Assembly: GCA_965242865.1 (NCBI GenBank)
Contig: CBDETK010000013.1
Span: forward strand, 2,624,001 to 2,688,000
Direction: 5' to 3'
Source of the DNA: Candidatus Latescibacterota bacterium
Lineage (GTDB): Bacteria > Latescibacterota > UBA2968 > UBA8231
Length of the DNA: 64,000 bases
Shown: in pieces, positions 27,133 through 41,030 of the stretch
How positions within the stretch are numbered: the first letter of the stretch is position 1
Layout of the letters: each line of letters starts with the position of its first letter
Made by a program: the position numbers and the translations under genes
Notes under the pieces: model-generated
What the model saw: the letters and a program-made list of their open reading frames with translations, nothing else
Database searches by the model: none
Told to the model about the DNA's origin: nothing

Positions 27133-28704
27133 TCATTGAACGAGCACCATCTTACGGGTGGCCTGCTGCCCCCCGGCGTCTAGCCGCGCAATATACACCC
27201 CACTGCTGACGACTTGGCCGTGAGCATCGCGCCCATCCCAAGCCATCTGATAGGTTCCCGCCGGCCGCATGCCTTCTACCAAGGTGGCTACCAACTGGCC
27301 GTGGGTGTTGAACACTTGCAGCGACACCGCCGATAACTGCTGGAGAGTAAAGCCGATGTGCGTGGCGTGATTGAAGGGATTGGGGTAATTCTGTGCGAGA
27401 TGGAACGAGCGCGGGATACCGGGCATGGACGAGGATGCAATCGCCGTAGGCAGATCGGGACGATGCCACCGGTACAGGCCCTCGTATGAGGGAATCCACA
27501 GATCCCCCCGACTGTCGAAAACCGGGGCACGAGTGGCACGGAACTCCTCCCAAGAGAACCCGGTCCAAGTGGTCCCCTCCAGCAGGCCAAAATAGTCTCC
27601 TTTCGCCACCCACAGGCGGTCCCCGACGCCCCTCCAACCATAAAGACTCAAACTTTGGTAATACTTCCACGTCGAACCCTCCTTGAAACACAATCCACCC
27701 ATCCAACCGTCCTTGACACTCAATATCCCACAATTCAACCAAACGCGACCTTGGCTGTCAGAGAAGATCATCCCGAAACGGCCCAAGTACGACGTCCACC
27801 GCGTCCCATCAAAGGAGAGCAAGCTACTCCATGTCCGTTCCCCGAAGTCGTCCACGAGCACGTCAAACTCAAGAACCGCCCAGAGTGTGCCGGATCGATC
27901 CACCGCGATGTTGGTAACTTGGACGTGATCAAAAGTGCCAAGTATAGGATGGAACACTGGTTCTAGTTCTATAGGGTGCCACCAAGCCTGCCCGTCAAAA
28001 CGCGATTGCTGGTTGGTCGCGTAGGTCCACCAAGGCTCGCTATCAACGATCCCCATATCGGCGTAGTCGTAGGTCCACCAAGCCTGCCCGTCGAAGCGCG
28101 CCAGCAGGGAGCCTCTGTAGCCAGTACACCACACATCCCCATTCGGTGCTACCGCGATCCTGTGTCCGAATAGTCCTCTATAGCAGGTCCAGCGCTGACC
28201 ATCGAACCGGGTGACATCCCCCCAACTTCCGACCCACACCTGCCCCTGACCATCCACGGCCAGCGAGCGGATGTGATCTTCCGTGAAGGTCGTCCACTGC
28301 TGGCCATCGAACCGGCTCAAACCCGTTGAAGTCCCCACCCACACATTGCCCGACGGGTCCGCCGCCAAGGCCGAAATTTTTCCATTCGCATAGCTGATCG
28401 TCGGTTGTCCACCCGCACTGTCACGGACGACGACCTCCATCTCTGTTAGCCGTGTACCCGTGCCCGTGCCGACCACGGCCGAGACTGGGGCCTCCATCGG
28501 ACTGGGTAGCCCCACATCTACCACCAGCGGCGTACTGAGCAGCCGCTGCTGCGAGCCATCCGGCGTGTACAGGGTCACCTGCTGGGTTTCTTGCCCCGAA
28601 AGCCCAATAGGCAACAACAGCAACAGCACCAAACAGCCGCTCGTCGGACCAGCGATCTTGGGACGCAATCGAATAGGAGATGAGGAAGGGCGTACACCAC
28701 TCAT
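27133..28704 (-). CDS. secreted beta-propeller protein with FlgD/T9SS-like C-terminus, paralogue 2
   Basis: Same architecture as 16553-18103; ends nearly identical, middle divergent. Confidence 0.85.
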   Translation of the reverse strand: MSGVRPSSSPIRLRPKIAGPTSGCLVLLLLLPIGLSGQETQQVTLYTPDGSQQRLLSTPLVVDVGLPSPMEAPVSAVVGTGTGTRLTEMEVVVRDSAGGQPTISYANGKISALAADPSGNVWVGTSTGLSRFDGQQWTTFTEDHIRSLAVDGQGQVWVGSWGDVTRFDGQRWTCYRGLFGHRIAVAPNGDVWCTGYRGSLLARFDGQAWWTYDYADMGIVDSEPWWTYATNQQSRFDGQAWWHPIELEPVFHPILGTFDHVQVTNIAVDRSGTLWAVLEFDVLVDDFGERTWSSLLSFDGTRWTSYLGRFGMIFSDSQGRVWLNCGILSVKDGWMGGLCFKEGSTWKYYQSLSLYGWRGVGDRLWVAKGDYFGLLEGTTWTGFSWEEFRATRAPVFDSRGDLWIPSYEGLYRWHRPDLPTAIASSSMPGIPRSFHLAQNYPNPFNHATHIGFTLQQLSAVSLQVFNTHGQLVATLVEGMRPAGTYQMAWDGRDAHGQVVSSGVYIARLDAGGQQATRKMVLVQ

Positions 28705-28718
28705 AACACGACAGCATG

Positions 28719-29426
28719 TTATTGCCGGCGGCCAAGCCCCACCGGACAATCCGCACACCGCTCCCTCGTCCCGCACCATTCCAATTCACACGTCAGCAAG
28801 GCTTCTATCCGCCGCTTCCAATCGGCTGGATAGCGCAGCGTTCCTTGCAAGCGGAAGCCGCGGACCACGGAGCGCAGCAGGGCAAAGCGCGTCTCGCGGT
28901 CGGCGACTTTGGCGCGCACCCGCTGGCGAGCCTCGGCCAAACCGTTGAGGTACGCGGCAAATTCCCCGTCGAAAATTGCGTCGAGGTCTTGCCGCAAGCG
29001 ACTCGATAGCGCCGGGCTGGCGTTGGAGGTGGAGATGCTCAACCGCAAGTGGCCCGGATGGACTAGGGCCGCCATGCCCACGTTGGAATAGGCCGGGTTG
29101 TCGTAGGAGTTGATCAGGGCTTTGCGCACCACGGCGAGTTCATGCACCCGCGCTGTCAGCGCATGGTCGCGCACGGTGTTCAACACCAAGAAGACGCCGT
29201 CGAGGTCGCGCTCGGCAAAGCAGCGCGGCTGGTGAGTGAGGCGACCGGCCGCAGCCCATTCGACGAGCGCGGGCGTCGCACGGGGGCTAACCACCGTCAA
29301 GCGCGCCCCGGCCGCGAGCAAGCGACCGGCCTTGTCTTCGGCCTCGCGCCCTCCGCCGATGATCAAGCAGGGCTGCTCCAGCACGTCGAGCCCCACCTGA
29401 AAATAGGGATTGAGCTGCTCGTTCAC
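28719..29426 (-). CDS. precorrin-2 dehydrogenase/sirohydrochlorin ferrochelatase (CysG N-terminal/Met8 type)
   Basis: CLIIGGGREA..KA..LLAAGA.LTVVSP, INSYDNP, ISISTSNASPALS. Confidence 0.9.
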   Translation of the reverse strand: MNEQLNPYFQVGLDVLEQPCLIIGGGREAEDKAGRLLAAGARLTVVSPRATPALVEWAAAGRLTHQPRCFAERDLDGVFLVLNTVRDHALTARVHELAVVRKALINSYDNPAYSNVGMAALVHPGHLRLSISTSNASPALSSRLRQDLDAIFDGEFAAYLNGLAEARQRVRAKVADRETRFALLRSVVRGFRLQGTLRYPADWKRRIEALLTCELEWCGTRERCADCPVGLGRRQ

Positions 29427-29830
29427 GCTAGGGCTGCGTAGCCTTTGTCGTCGCTCGCGCCGGATTCGACCGGAAAGCCGAGGTCCAGCCAGCCGCGCTC
29501 GGTGCGCGATCCGCCAAAACCAGCGGTGACGTTAGCCACATCCACAAAACCAGCCGCGACGAGCGCTTCACAAGCGCGCATGGAGCGGGCGCCCGACTGG
29601 CAGCCGACGAGCAGTTTGGCGTCCGCGGCAAAATGGGCTTGGACCACCCGGACGAAATCCGGGTTGGGAACCATGCCCACGGCGTGGCGGTGCAAGACCG
29701 GGATGTTGAACGCGCCGGCCGGATGGCCGCTCTCGTATTCGGGGATGGAGCGGACGTCGATATAGACCGCGCCCCCATCGCCGGCGAGCAATTCCTTGGC
29801 CTCAGTGGGACTGACGTTTTGATAGCTCAC
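29423..29830 (-). CDS. rhodanese-like domain protein
   Basis: IDVRSIPEYESGHPAGAFNIP, CQSGARS. Confidence 0.9.
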   Translation of the reverse strand: MSYQNVSPTEAKELLAGDGGAVYIDVRSIPEYESGHPAGAFNIPVLHRHAVGMVPNPDFVRVVQAHFAADAKLLVGCQSGARSMRACEALVAAGFVDVANVTAGFGGSRTERGWLDLGFPVESGASDDKGYAALA

Positions 29831-29928
29831 GATACCTCCGTTTGACAATGTCTATTCTGTGGAGTTGAATACTTGTTAAGGTAACACACTCCTTTCGCCA
29901 CCTACAAGCCCCTAGACCCCGGAGGAAG

Positions 29929-31027
29929 ATGATTTTGAACGCATGGGCAGGCGTACTGTTGTTGGCGGCCGCTTTGGGGGCTTGCAGTGGGCAAGTGGGC
30001 GGCCAAGGCGAGGACGACCGGCCCGACTCAACGGCCCAAGCCGACAGCACGGCCGCCGATAGCCTAGAAGCGGTGCCCGTGGAAGTCGCCCTCGCCCACA
30101 CGGGCGCAATCTCCGCGCATCTGCTGTTCAACTCGACCATCGAGACCGAAGAAGCGGTTGAGATGTATCCCCAAATCAGCGGCCTCGTCCGTCAGCTCCG
30201 CGTGGAGGCGGGCGACCGCGTGGAAGCGGGCGACACCCTCCTCCGCATCGAGGACGAGCAATTGCGCATCGCCGTTGCAGAGGCCCAAGCCAACTACAAC
30301 TACCAGCAGGCCGGCTTTGAGCGCACCGAGGCCATGTTTGAGCGCGACCTCATCAGCGACCAAGAGTTTGAGACCAACAAATACAACTTTGAACAATCGC
30401 GCCTCCGGCTGGCGCGCGCCCGCCTAGACCTAGAATACGCAGCCATCATCGCGCCGTTTTCCGGCGTGATCACCGAGCGCTACGTGCAAGTCGGCGCCCG
30501 GGTCGGGCCGAGTAGCAAGCTCTACGACCTCATCAAGCTCGACGATCTCATCGCCCGCGTCTTTGCGCCCGGCCAGTACCTCACCGCCGTCCGCAACGGC
30601 CAGCAGGCCCTGATCACCTCGGAGTTTTTGCCCGACGAGCAGTTCCCGGGCTGGGTCAAGCGCATCAGCCCGGTCGTCGATCCCAGAAGCGGCACCTTCA
30701 AGGTCACGGTGGGCTTGCGCGACCGCTGGGAGTACTTGCGGCCCGGCCTCTTCGTCAACGTGCGCATCATCACCGACACGCACCCCAACGCGGTGTTGAT
30801 ACCCAAGCAGGCGATCGTGTACGACGGCGGCGACCGGTTCGTGTTCGCCGTCAAGGACTCCATGGCGGCGCGGGTTGAGTTGCAGCCCGGATTTGAGGAC
30901 GCCGACTTTATCGAGGCCCTCGCCGGCATCGACGCCGGCACCCCGATCATCGTCGTCGGGCAAAACGGCCTCAAAGACCGTACGCGGGTGCGCGTGGTCA
31001 ACTCAGCCTCAGCCGAAGACGCGGCCC

Positions 31028-31044
<17 letters not shown>
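29929..31044 (+). CDS. RND efflux periplasmic adaptor (lipoprotein)
   Basis: Lipobox LGAC, lipoyl-like V.AGDRVEAGD, IIAPFSGVI, ISPVVDPRSGT, LRPGLF. Confidence 0.93.
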
Positions 31045-34831
<3,787 letters not shown>

Positions 34832-37800
34832 ATGGAAAAGCCGAGCCAGTACCCTCTGCCGCGCTTTTCGGTCAACCGGCCGGTGACCGTGGTGATGTCG
34901 CTGGTCGCCTTGCTGGTGGTGGGCTACATCGCGTACACGCGGATTCCGCTGACCCTCTTCCCCGGTGGCTTTGACTATCCCCGCCTCTTCGCTTGGGCGC
35001 ACTATCCCAACGCCGGAGCGGTCGAAGTGGAGCAGAAGGTGGTGCATCACCTCGAAGAGGCCGTCGCCCAAGTCAGCCGGATCAAGCGGATCCGCTCCAA
35101 CGCTTACAGCGGCGGCGGCAATGTCCAAGTCGAGTTCCAAAAAGGCACGGACCTGCAATTGGCTTTTGCCGAGATGAAGGACCGGCTCGACCGCATAATG
35201 CCCGAGCTGCCCGACGAAATTGAGCAACTGTGGGTCCGGCGCTGGGATCAAAACGACATTCCGATCATGGAGGGCGCGATCACCTTTGAGGCCCAACACG
35301 CCGACCCGCGCCAATTCATTGACGCGTACGTGGAGCCGGCGCTGCGCCGCGTCAATGGGGTCGGCAACATCGAGCTTTGGGGCGCTCCGACCCAACAAGT
35401 GATCGTCGAGCTGGACCAAAGCAAGGTCCACGGCCACCGGATCGACGTTTTCGGGGTGCTCAACAACTTGCGCGCCCAAAACCTCACGGTCCCCGGGGGC
35501 TGGGTGATCGAGGGCGGCAAGAAGATCTATGTGCGCTCGGTGGGCCGCTTTGAGGACGTCGAAGCGATCGCCAACACCGTAATTGATCCCGAGCACCAGC
35601 TGCGGCTGGGCGACATCGCCGAGGTTTCCTATAAGCGGCCGCAGCAAGACTGGGTCAACCGCATTGACCGCAAGGAGGCCCTGGCCTTCGGCGTCACCAA
35701 GGCATCCGAGGCAAATGTCGTCGAGGTTTCCAACGGGGTGAAGGAGGCGCTGGAGCAGCTAAAGGACCATCCCAAACTCGAAGGGTTGGAATTCAAGTTG
35801 TTCTGGAACCAAGGCGACCAAGTGACCAACTCGGTTGACAATCTCAAAAACTCCGGCCTGTGGGGCGGGCTGTTCGCGGCCTTAGTGCTCTTTTTCTTTT
35901 TGCGGGCGGTGCGCATCACCCTGATCATCACCTTGGCGATCCCCCTGTCCATTTTAGCGACGATTACCGCCCTGTACTTCATCGGCTGGTCGTTGAATAT
36001 GGCGACGATGATGGGGCTCATGCTGAGCTTGGGACTGGTGGTGGACAACGCCATCGTCATCGTCGAAAACATCTACCGCAAGCGCCAAGAAGGCATTGCC
36101 CCGCGCCCGGCCTCCGTTGACGGGGCCGGCGAGGTGGGGTTGGCGGTGACCATGGCGACCCTGACGACCGTGGTCGTCTTCCTGCCCCTGATTCTGATGA
36201 GCGACGAGGAAATGTTTTCGTTCTGGATGCTCAGAATCGGCCTGCCGGTCATCGCCGGGTTGGTGGCCTCCCTGCTCATCGCCCTGATCTTTATCCCGCT
36301 CGCCGCGCTCAAGCTGGCGACGAGCGAGGAAAAAAGCGAGCCCCGGGGCATCGCTTGGTGCCGCAAGCACTACGTGCGCTCGCTGGGCTGGGCACTGAAC
36401 CATCGCCTCGACGCCTTCGTCATCGCCTTGGTCCTCATGGCCAGCATCAAGATCCCGATGGATGGCATGGAGCGCACCGACAATCAGGAGCGCAACGAGG
36501 TGCGGATGGACTTGGCCTTTGAGATGCCTTCGGGCCAATCGCTGGACCAAGCCGAGCAGTTTATGGCCGTCGTCGAGGATACGGTGATGGCCCGCCAAGC
36601 CGAGTACAACGTCGAGATCATACGCACGTACTTCCGCCGCGGCTGGGGCCGGGTGACGCTGTTTTTCGCCGAGGAAGAGGACGTGGAGTGGTATCAGGTG
36701 GCTTGGGACAATTTGGGCGTCGCGCTGGGCCTAAAGGAACGGGCTTACCTCCCCTACAAGGAGGTCGAACAGGATCTCCGCGAGCGGCTCTACCTGCCGC
36801 CGGGCGTCGCCCTGCGGGTCAACTGGGAAAACCCCGAGCAGGATGCCCGCGTCAACGTCAGCCTGTACGGCGAGGATACCGAAGTGCTGGTCGGATTAGC
36901 GGCCGAGGTCGAGCGGCGGCTGGAGAGCATCCCCGGCTTGCTGTCGGTCAACACCGACATGGACCGCGGCGGCACCGAGCTACAGGTGCGCCTCAACCGC
37001 GACCAAGTGCAGCGCCTCGGCGTGGATCCTCAAGTCATTTCGGGAGGCATTGCCTACGCCCTGCGCGGCACGGATATCAACAAGTTCCACACCGACGACG
37101 GCCGCGAAGTCGATATCCGCGTGCAGCTCGCCGAGTACGGCCACCACAGCTTAGACGACCTCCGCACTCAGCGTTTTCCCACCGCAGATGGCCGAGAAGT
37201 GGCCCTCGAATCGCTGGCAGACATCTACGTCGAGCGCACCCTAGGCAATATCCAGCGCGAGAACCGCCAGACCATGCTCAACGTCAGTGCCCGCGCCGCT
37301 AAGGACCGAGCGCAGCATCTTTTTGCCCAAGTCGATCGGGCGATGCAGGGCTTTGAGATGCCGCGCGGCTATCGCTGGGACAAAGGCTCTCGCTTTGAGG
37401 AGCTCGAGGAGCAAGACCAGTCGCGGAAATTCGCCCTTATCATGTCCGTGACCTTCGTCTTTCTGCTGATGGGGGTGCTCTTTGAGTCGTTCGTGCTGCC
37501 GCTTTCTGTGATCGTGTCGATCCCATTCTCCTTCCTCGGCGTTTACTGGGTTCTATACCTGACGGACACGCCCTTTGAAATCATGTCGATGATCGGCTCG
37601 GTGATCCTGATCGGGGTGGTGGTCAACAACGCCATCGTGCTGATCGATTTGGCCAACCGGCTGCGGGCCGAGGGCAAGTCGCGCTACGACGCGCTGCTAG
37701 AGGCCGGCCGCCACCGCTTCCGGCCCATTCTGATGACGACCTTCACCACTGCTTTCGGGCTGATTCCAATGGCCGCGGGCAATTCCAAGATGGTGGGTTT

Positions 37801-37981
37801 GGCTTACGCGCCGCTGGGTCGGACGATGATCGGGGGCTTGCTGGCGGCGATGGTGCTGACACTGCTGCTGGTGCCGCTGTTTTACACCTTTTTCGATGAC
37901 TTCCGCACGGCCATGCAGCGGATTATGACGTCGGCGTTTGGACGCGAGGCGGCTCATCGTCCCAAGCGGAAGACCTCGTAA
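34832..37981 (+). CDS. RND efflux permease subunit 2
   Basis: NRPVTV, GLVVDNAIVIVENI, GVVVNNAIVLID, RFRPILMT. Confidence 0.95.
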   Translation: MEKPSQYPLPRFSVNRPVTVVMSLVALLVVGYIAYTRIPLTLFPGGFDYPRLFAWAHYPNAGAVEVEQKVVHHLEEAVAQVSRIKRIRSNAYSGGGNVQVEFQKGTDLQLAFAEMKDRLDRIMPELPDEIEQLWVRRWDQNDIPIMEGAITFEAQHADPRQFIDAYVEPALRRVNGVGNIELWGAPTQQVIVELDQSKVHGHRIDVFGVLNNLRAQNLTVPGGWVIEGGKKIYVRSVGRFEDVEAIANTVIDPEHQLRLGDIAEVSYKRPQQDWVNRIDRKEALAFGVTKASEANVVEVSNGVKEALEQLKDHPKLEGLEFKLFWNQGDQVTNSVDNLKNSGLWGGLFAALVLFFFLRAVRITLIITLAIPLSILATITALYFIGWSLNMATMMGLMLSLGLVVDNAIVIVENIYRKRQEGIAPRPASVDGAGEVGLAVTMATLTTVVVFLPLILMSDEEMFSFWMLRIGLPVIAGLVASLLIALIFIPLAALKLATSEEKSEPRGIAWCRKHYVRSLGWALNHRLDAFVIALVLMASIKIPMDGMERTDNQERNEVRMDLAFEMPSGQSLDQAEQFMAVVEDTVMARQAEYNVEIIRTYFRRGWGRVTLFFAEEEDVEWYQVAWDNLGVALGLKERAYLPYKEVEQDLRERLYLPPGVALRVNWENPEQDARVNVSLYGEDTEVLVGLAAEVERRLESIPGLLSVNTDMDRGGTELQVRLNRDQVQRLGVDPQVISGGIAYALRGTDINKFHTDDGREVDIRVQLAEYGHHSLDDLRTQRFPTADGREVALESLADIYVERTLGNIQRENRQTMLNVSARAAKDRAQHLFAQVDRAMQGFEMPRGYRWDKGSRFEELEEQDQSRKFALIMSVTFVFLLMGVLFESFVLPLSVIVSIPFSFLGVYWVLYLTDTPFEIMSMIGSVILIGVVVNNAIVLIDLANRLRAEGKSRYDALLEAGRHRFRPILMTTFTTAFGLIPMAAGNSKMVGLAYAPLGRTMIGGLLAAMVLTLLLVPLFYTFFDDFRTAMQRIMTSAFGREAAHRPKRKTS

Positions 37982-39444
37982 GGCACGGAGGGACAGCCAG
38001 CACGGCCGCGATCAATTTCCGCGATCCATTCCCGCCGGGGATACCTAGCGCGCAGCGATTCGGGAACCGTGCCGCCCGTTCGCACGGCGAAGAGCACTTC
38101 TGCTGGATAGGATGCCTCGCGCTGTCCGTAAAAATCCGTCAGGTTTCGGAATCTCGGGTCATCCACCGTGTAGTACGCCCGCTCGGTCCGCCCATAATAC
38201 GCCAGCGCGAACGGTATGCTGTACTGAGTACTCAGCAGCGGCAGCCGGGGTAAAACCTCCTCCGCGTCCGCGGCCCAGCGACGCCAACCGCTGTACTCGC
38301 AGAGCCGCTCGCTCCACGAATGGGAAGGCTCGCGCACCTGATCTTCCGGCGACACCAACCCAACATAGCTTTGGTCCAGCCCGCTGCGCTCGATGAGGGT
38401 GCTGTAGAGCGCGGGGTATTTCAGGCCTAGGCCGATGGCGAGCGATTGCAGCAGCCCGGTGGCGACGAGGGCGACGAGCAGCCAGCGTCTGGGCTGGGCC
38501 GCAAACGCCGCCGGCCACAGGCTCAGCAAGCCCGGCAGCAGCCAGTTGCCCTTGATTTGACCGCGCCCGAGCGCGAAAAACAAAAACGCGCCGACCGTGC
38601 AGAGCGCGGGAAGGAGGGCGAGGAGGTCCGCCCGCCGCCAACCGACCCACAGCAGAACCAGCAAAAACGGCGACACAAAAAAGAGCGGACTGACCGCAAA
38701 GAAGAGCAGGCGGGCGAGCGGATGGCCGAGGTCGTCAATCCGCGAAAGCGTACTCAGGGCCTGCGGCAGGTAGAAGCCGGTGCTGAACTGGGCGTAGGTA
38801 AGCGGCGCGGTAACGGCAAAGGCGGGCAGCAGGAACGCGGCGAGCCGATGCCAACGCCCTTTCCTTGGGTGCCCGAGCGCGATCCACAGGCCGAGCCCGC
38901 CGACGAGAAAGGCCCCCGAGTACTTGCAGAGGACGGCCAAGCCCGCCGCTAGGCCCGTGCATACATAAGGCCGGAGTGCGTTGGTTGCCGTGGCCCGCCG
39001 CGCCATGCACAGGGCCAGCAGCCAACAAGGAACTAAGAAGCCATCGGGATGCAGGTAGGAGCTGGTGTGCCAAGTCCAGTGGCTGAGCGCGAAGGCAGCG
39101 GCCGCCCACCGCGCCCGTTGCTCGGCGAGGCCCTGCATCCGGCAAAGCCAATAGACGAGCGCGGTAGAAAACGCGCCCAACAAAGCCGAGGGCAGCCGCA
39201 AAAACCACTCTTGGTGCGGGTAGAGCGCGTGGGCCAGCTTAAAGACCGCCAAGGGCAAGAGCGCGTAGGAAGCGTCGAGGTGCTGGCCCCAATACCAGTA
39301 AACGGCCTCGTCCTTGCCCAGCTCCACCCCGGCGACCAGCCAGAGCTTGAGCAAGGTATAGACGCCCAGCAGGGACAGCAGATTGACGCTGTTGGGGCCG
39401 CCGCGTATATTGTGAAACCCAAACTTAGCAGACAATTTCAGCAT
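37954..39444 (-). CDS. GT-C glycosyltransferase (family 39/ArnT-like)
   Basis: KDEAVYWYWG.HL, LRLPSAL, GLAVLCKYSG; many TM helices; exact start uncertain. Confidence 0.8.
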   Translation of the reverse strand: MLKLSAKFGFHNIRGGPNSVNLLSLLGVYTLLKLWLVAGVELGKDEAVYWYWGQHLDASYALLPLAVFKLAHALYPHQEWFLRLPSALLGAFSTALVYWLCRMQGLAEQRARWAAAAFALSHWTWHTSSYLHPDGFLVPCWLLALCMARRATATNALRPYVCTGLAAGLAVLCKYSGAFLVGGLGLWIALGHPRKGRWHRLAAFLLPAFAVTAPLTYAQFSTGFYLPQALSTLSRIDDLGHPLARLLFFAVSPLFFVSPFLLVLLWVGWRRADLLALLPALCTVGAFLFFALGRGQIKGNWLLPGLLSLWPAAFAAQPRRWLLVALVATGLLQSLAIGLGLKYPALYSTLIERSGLDQSYVGLVSPEDQVREPSHSWSERLCEYSGWRRWAADAEEVLPRLPLLSTQYSIPFALAYYGRTERAYYTVDDPRFRNLTDFYGQREASYPAEVLFAVRTGGTVPESLRARYPRREWIAEIDRGRAGCPSVPYEVFRLGR

Positions 39445-39459
39445 TGTGGAGATGGTTTA

Positions 39460-40068
39460 ATGGCCGCAAAAGACGATGACTTGCTCAAGAATCTGCAAGA
39501 GAAAAACCTAGAGCAAAGCCTGTACAAAGCGCGCAAAATTTTCCTTTGGTCCGACGTCAACGACGAGTCGGCCAAGGCCGTAGTCACCCGCCTGCTCTCG
39601 CTAGACGCCGAGGATCCCACCGCGGAAATCGTCCTCTACATCAACAGCCCCGGCGGCTCGGTCTCCGATGGCATGGCCGTTTACGACGCCATGCTGGCGA
39701 TTCAGGCCCCGGTTTCCACCGTGTGCATGGGCATGGCCATGAGCATGGGGTCGTTTCTGCTGTCGGCTGGCGAGGCGGGGCGTCGCTTCGCTTGGCCGCA
39801 CGCCCGGATTATGATCCATCAGCCGAGCCTCCTCCACACCATCACCGGCACGGCCATTGACCTCGACATCCGCGCCAAGGAGACGATCCGCCTGCGCGAA
39901 GAGCTAAACGCGCTCTACGCCAAGCACACCGGCCAATCGGTCGAAAAGATCGCCAAGGACACGGACCGCGACTTTTTCATGTCGGCCGAGGAAGCCAAGG
40001 CGTATGGCCTGCTCGACGACATAATCACCACCACCGCCCCCTCGCCCAACGGGTATGCCAAAAAGTAG
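39460..40068 (+). CDS. clpP: ATP-dependent Clp protease proteolytic subunit
   Basis: YINSPGGSV, GMAMSMG, RIMIHQP, DTDRDFFMSAEEAKAYGLLD. Confidence 0.97.
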   Translation: MAAKDDDLLKNLQEKNLEQSLYKARKIFLWSDVNDESAKAVVTRLLSLDAEDPTAEIVLYINSPGGSVSDGMAVYDAMLAIQAPVSTVCMGMAMSMGSFLLSAGEAGRRFAWPHARIMIHQPSLLHTITGTAIDLDIRAKETIRLREELNALYAKHTGQSVEKIAKDTDRDFFMSAEEAKAYGLLDDIITTTAPSPNGYAKK

Positions 40069-40122
40069 CATCGTCCCTTCGCGGCTTGCTCATCGCGCCG
40101 GTCCCAAGCGGGGCCGGCGTTT

Positions 40123-40929
40123 TTATTGGCAACTCGGGCAATAGAAGGTGTTGCGGCCCCCCAAGTAGAAGCTCTCAACCGGCGCGTCGCAGACGCGGCA
40201 GTCCTCGCCTCGGCGGCCGTACACATAGAGCCGCTGTTGAAAGCGTCCCCCCGCCCCCGATCCTTGATAGTCGCTGATGGTCGTGCCGCCCTGGTCAATG
40301 GCGACGCGCAGCACCTTTTTGATCTCCTCGGCGAGCCGGGCCAAGCGCGGCGGCGCAAGGGCGGCGGCCGGAGTCGCCGGATGAATGCGCGCCCGGAACA
40401 GGGCCTCGCTGGCGTAGATATTGCCCACGCCGACGACCGTGCGATTATCCATAATGAGGTTCTTGATCGGGGTTTTGCGCCGCTGGCATTGGGCTTGGAG
40501 GTAGCGGGCGTTAAAGGCGCACGAGAGAGGCTCGGGGCCGAGGTGTTGCAGGTAGCGGCACGTGTGCTCCTCGCCCGCCTCGAGCACCTGCACTAGGCCA
40601 AAGCGCCGCGGATCGTTGAACACCACAGCCCCCCCGTCAGCCAACTCAAAGCCCACGTGGTCGTGCTTCGTGCCCCATGGCCGCAGGAGCAGGTTGCCGC
40701 TCATGCCGAGATGGACCAAGAGCGTCCGGCCCGCTTGCAGGTCGAGGAGGAGGAATTTGGCGCGGCGGCGAGCCCCGGCAAAGCAATCTCCGACCAAGGA
40801 GCGCAACGCGGCCCTCGGCAAAGGCTCGCGCAGGCGTTTTGCACTGACGCGGACGCGGGCAATCGGCCGGCCTAGCAGGTGGCACTCCAGCGCACGGCGG
40901 ACGGTTTCGACCTCGGGAAGCTCGGGCAT
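40123..40929 (-). CDS. mutM: formamidopyrimidine-DNA glycosylase
   Basis: MPELPEVETV, HLGMSG, DPRRFG, GVGNIYASE, C-terminal CxxC..CPSCQ zinc finger. Confidence 0.97.
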   Translation of the reverse strand: MPELPEVETVRRALECHLLGRPIARVRVSAKRLREPLPRAALRSLVGDCFAGARRRAKFLLLDLQAGRTLLVHLGMSGNLLLRPWGTKHDHVGFELADGGAVVFNDPRRFGLVQVLEAGEEHTCRYLQHLGPEPLSCAFNARYLQAQCQRRKTPIKNLIMDNRTVVGVGNIYASEALFRARIHPATPAAALAPPRLARLAEEIKKVLRVAIDQGGTTISDYQGSGAGGRFQQRLYVYGRRGEDCRVCDAPVESFYLGGRNTFYCPSCQ

Positions 40930-41030
40930 GGGCAGAGTATAGAAGCCGCCCTTAGAGGCGTCAAACATTGCCGCCCGGTCTGCGGTTGGTATATTGAAAC
41001 CCTCACCTCAAAACCCAGGAGCTATTCCGC

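Noticed and set aside
16553-28704. Propeller paralogues as DGR template/variable pair
   Set aside because: Differences include indels and all base types, and lie in the middle of the genes; no RT nearby
30875-31027. Long N-terminal extensions in the ORF track (also 13003, 39049, 41987, 55656, 60726)
   Set aside because: They overlap upstream genes; family motifs and coupled starts indicate later start codons
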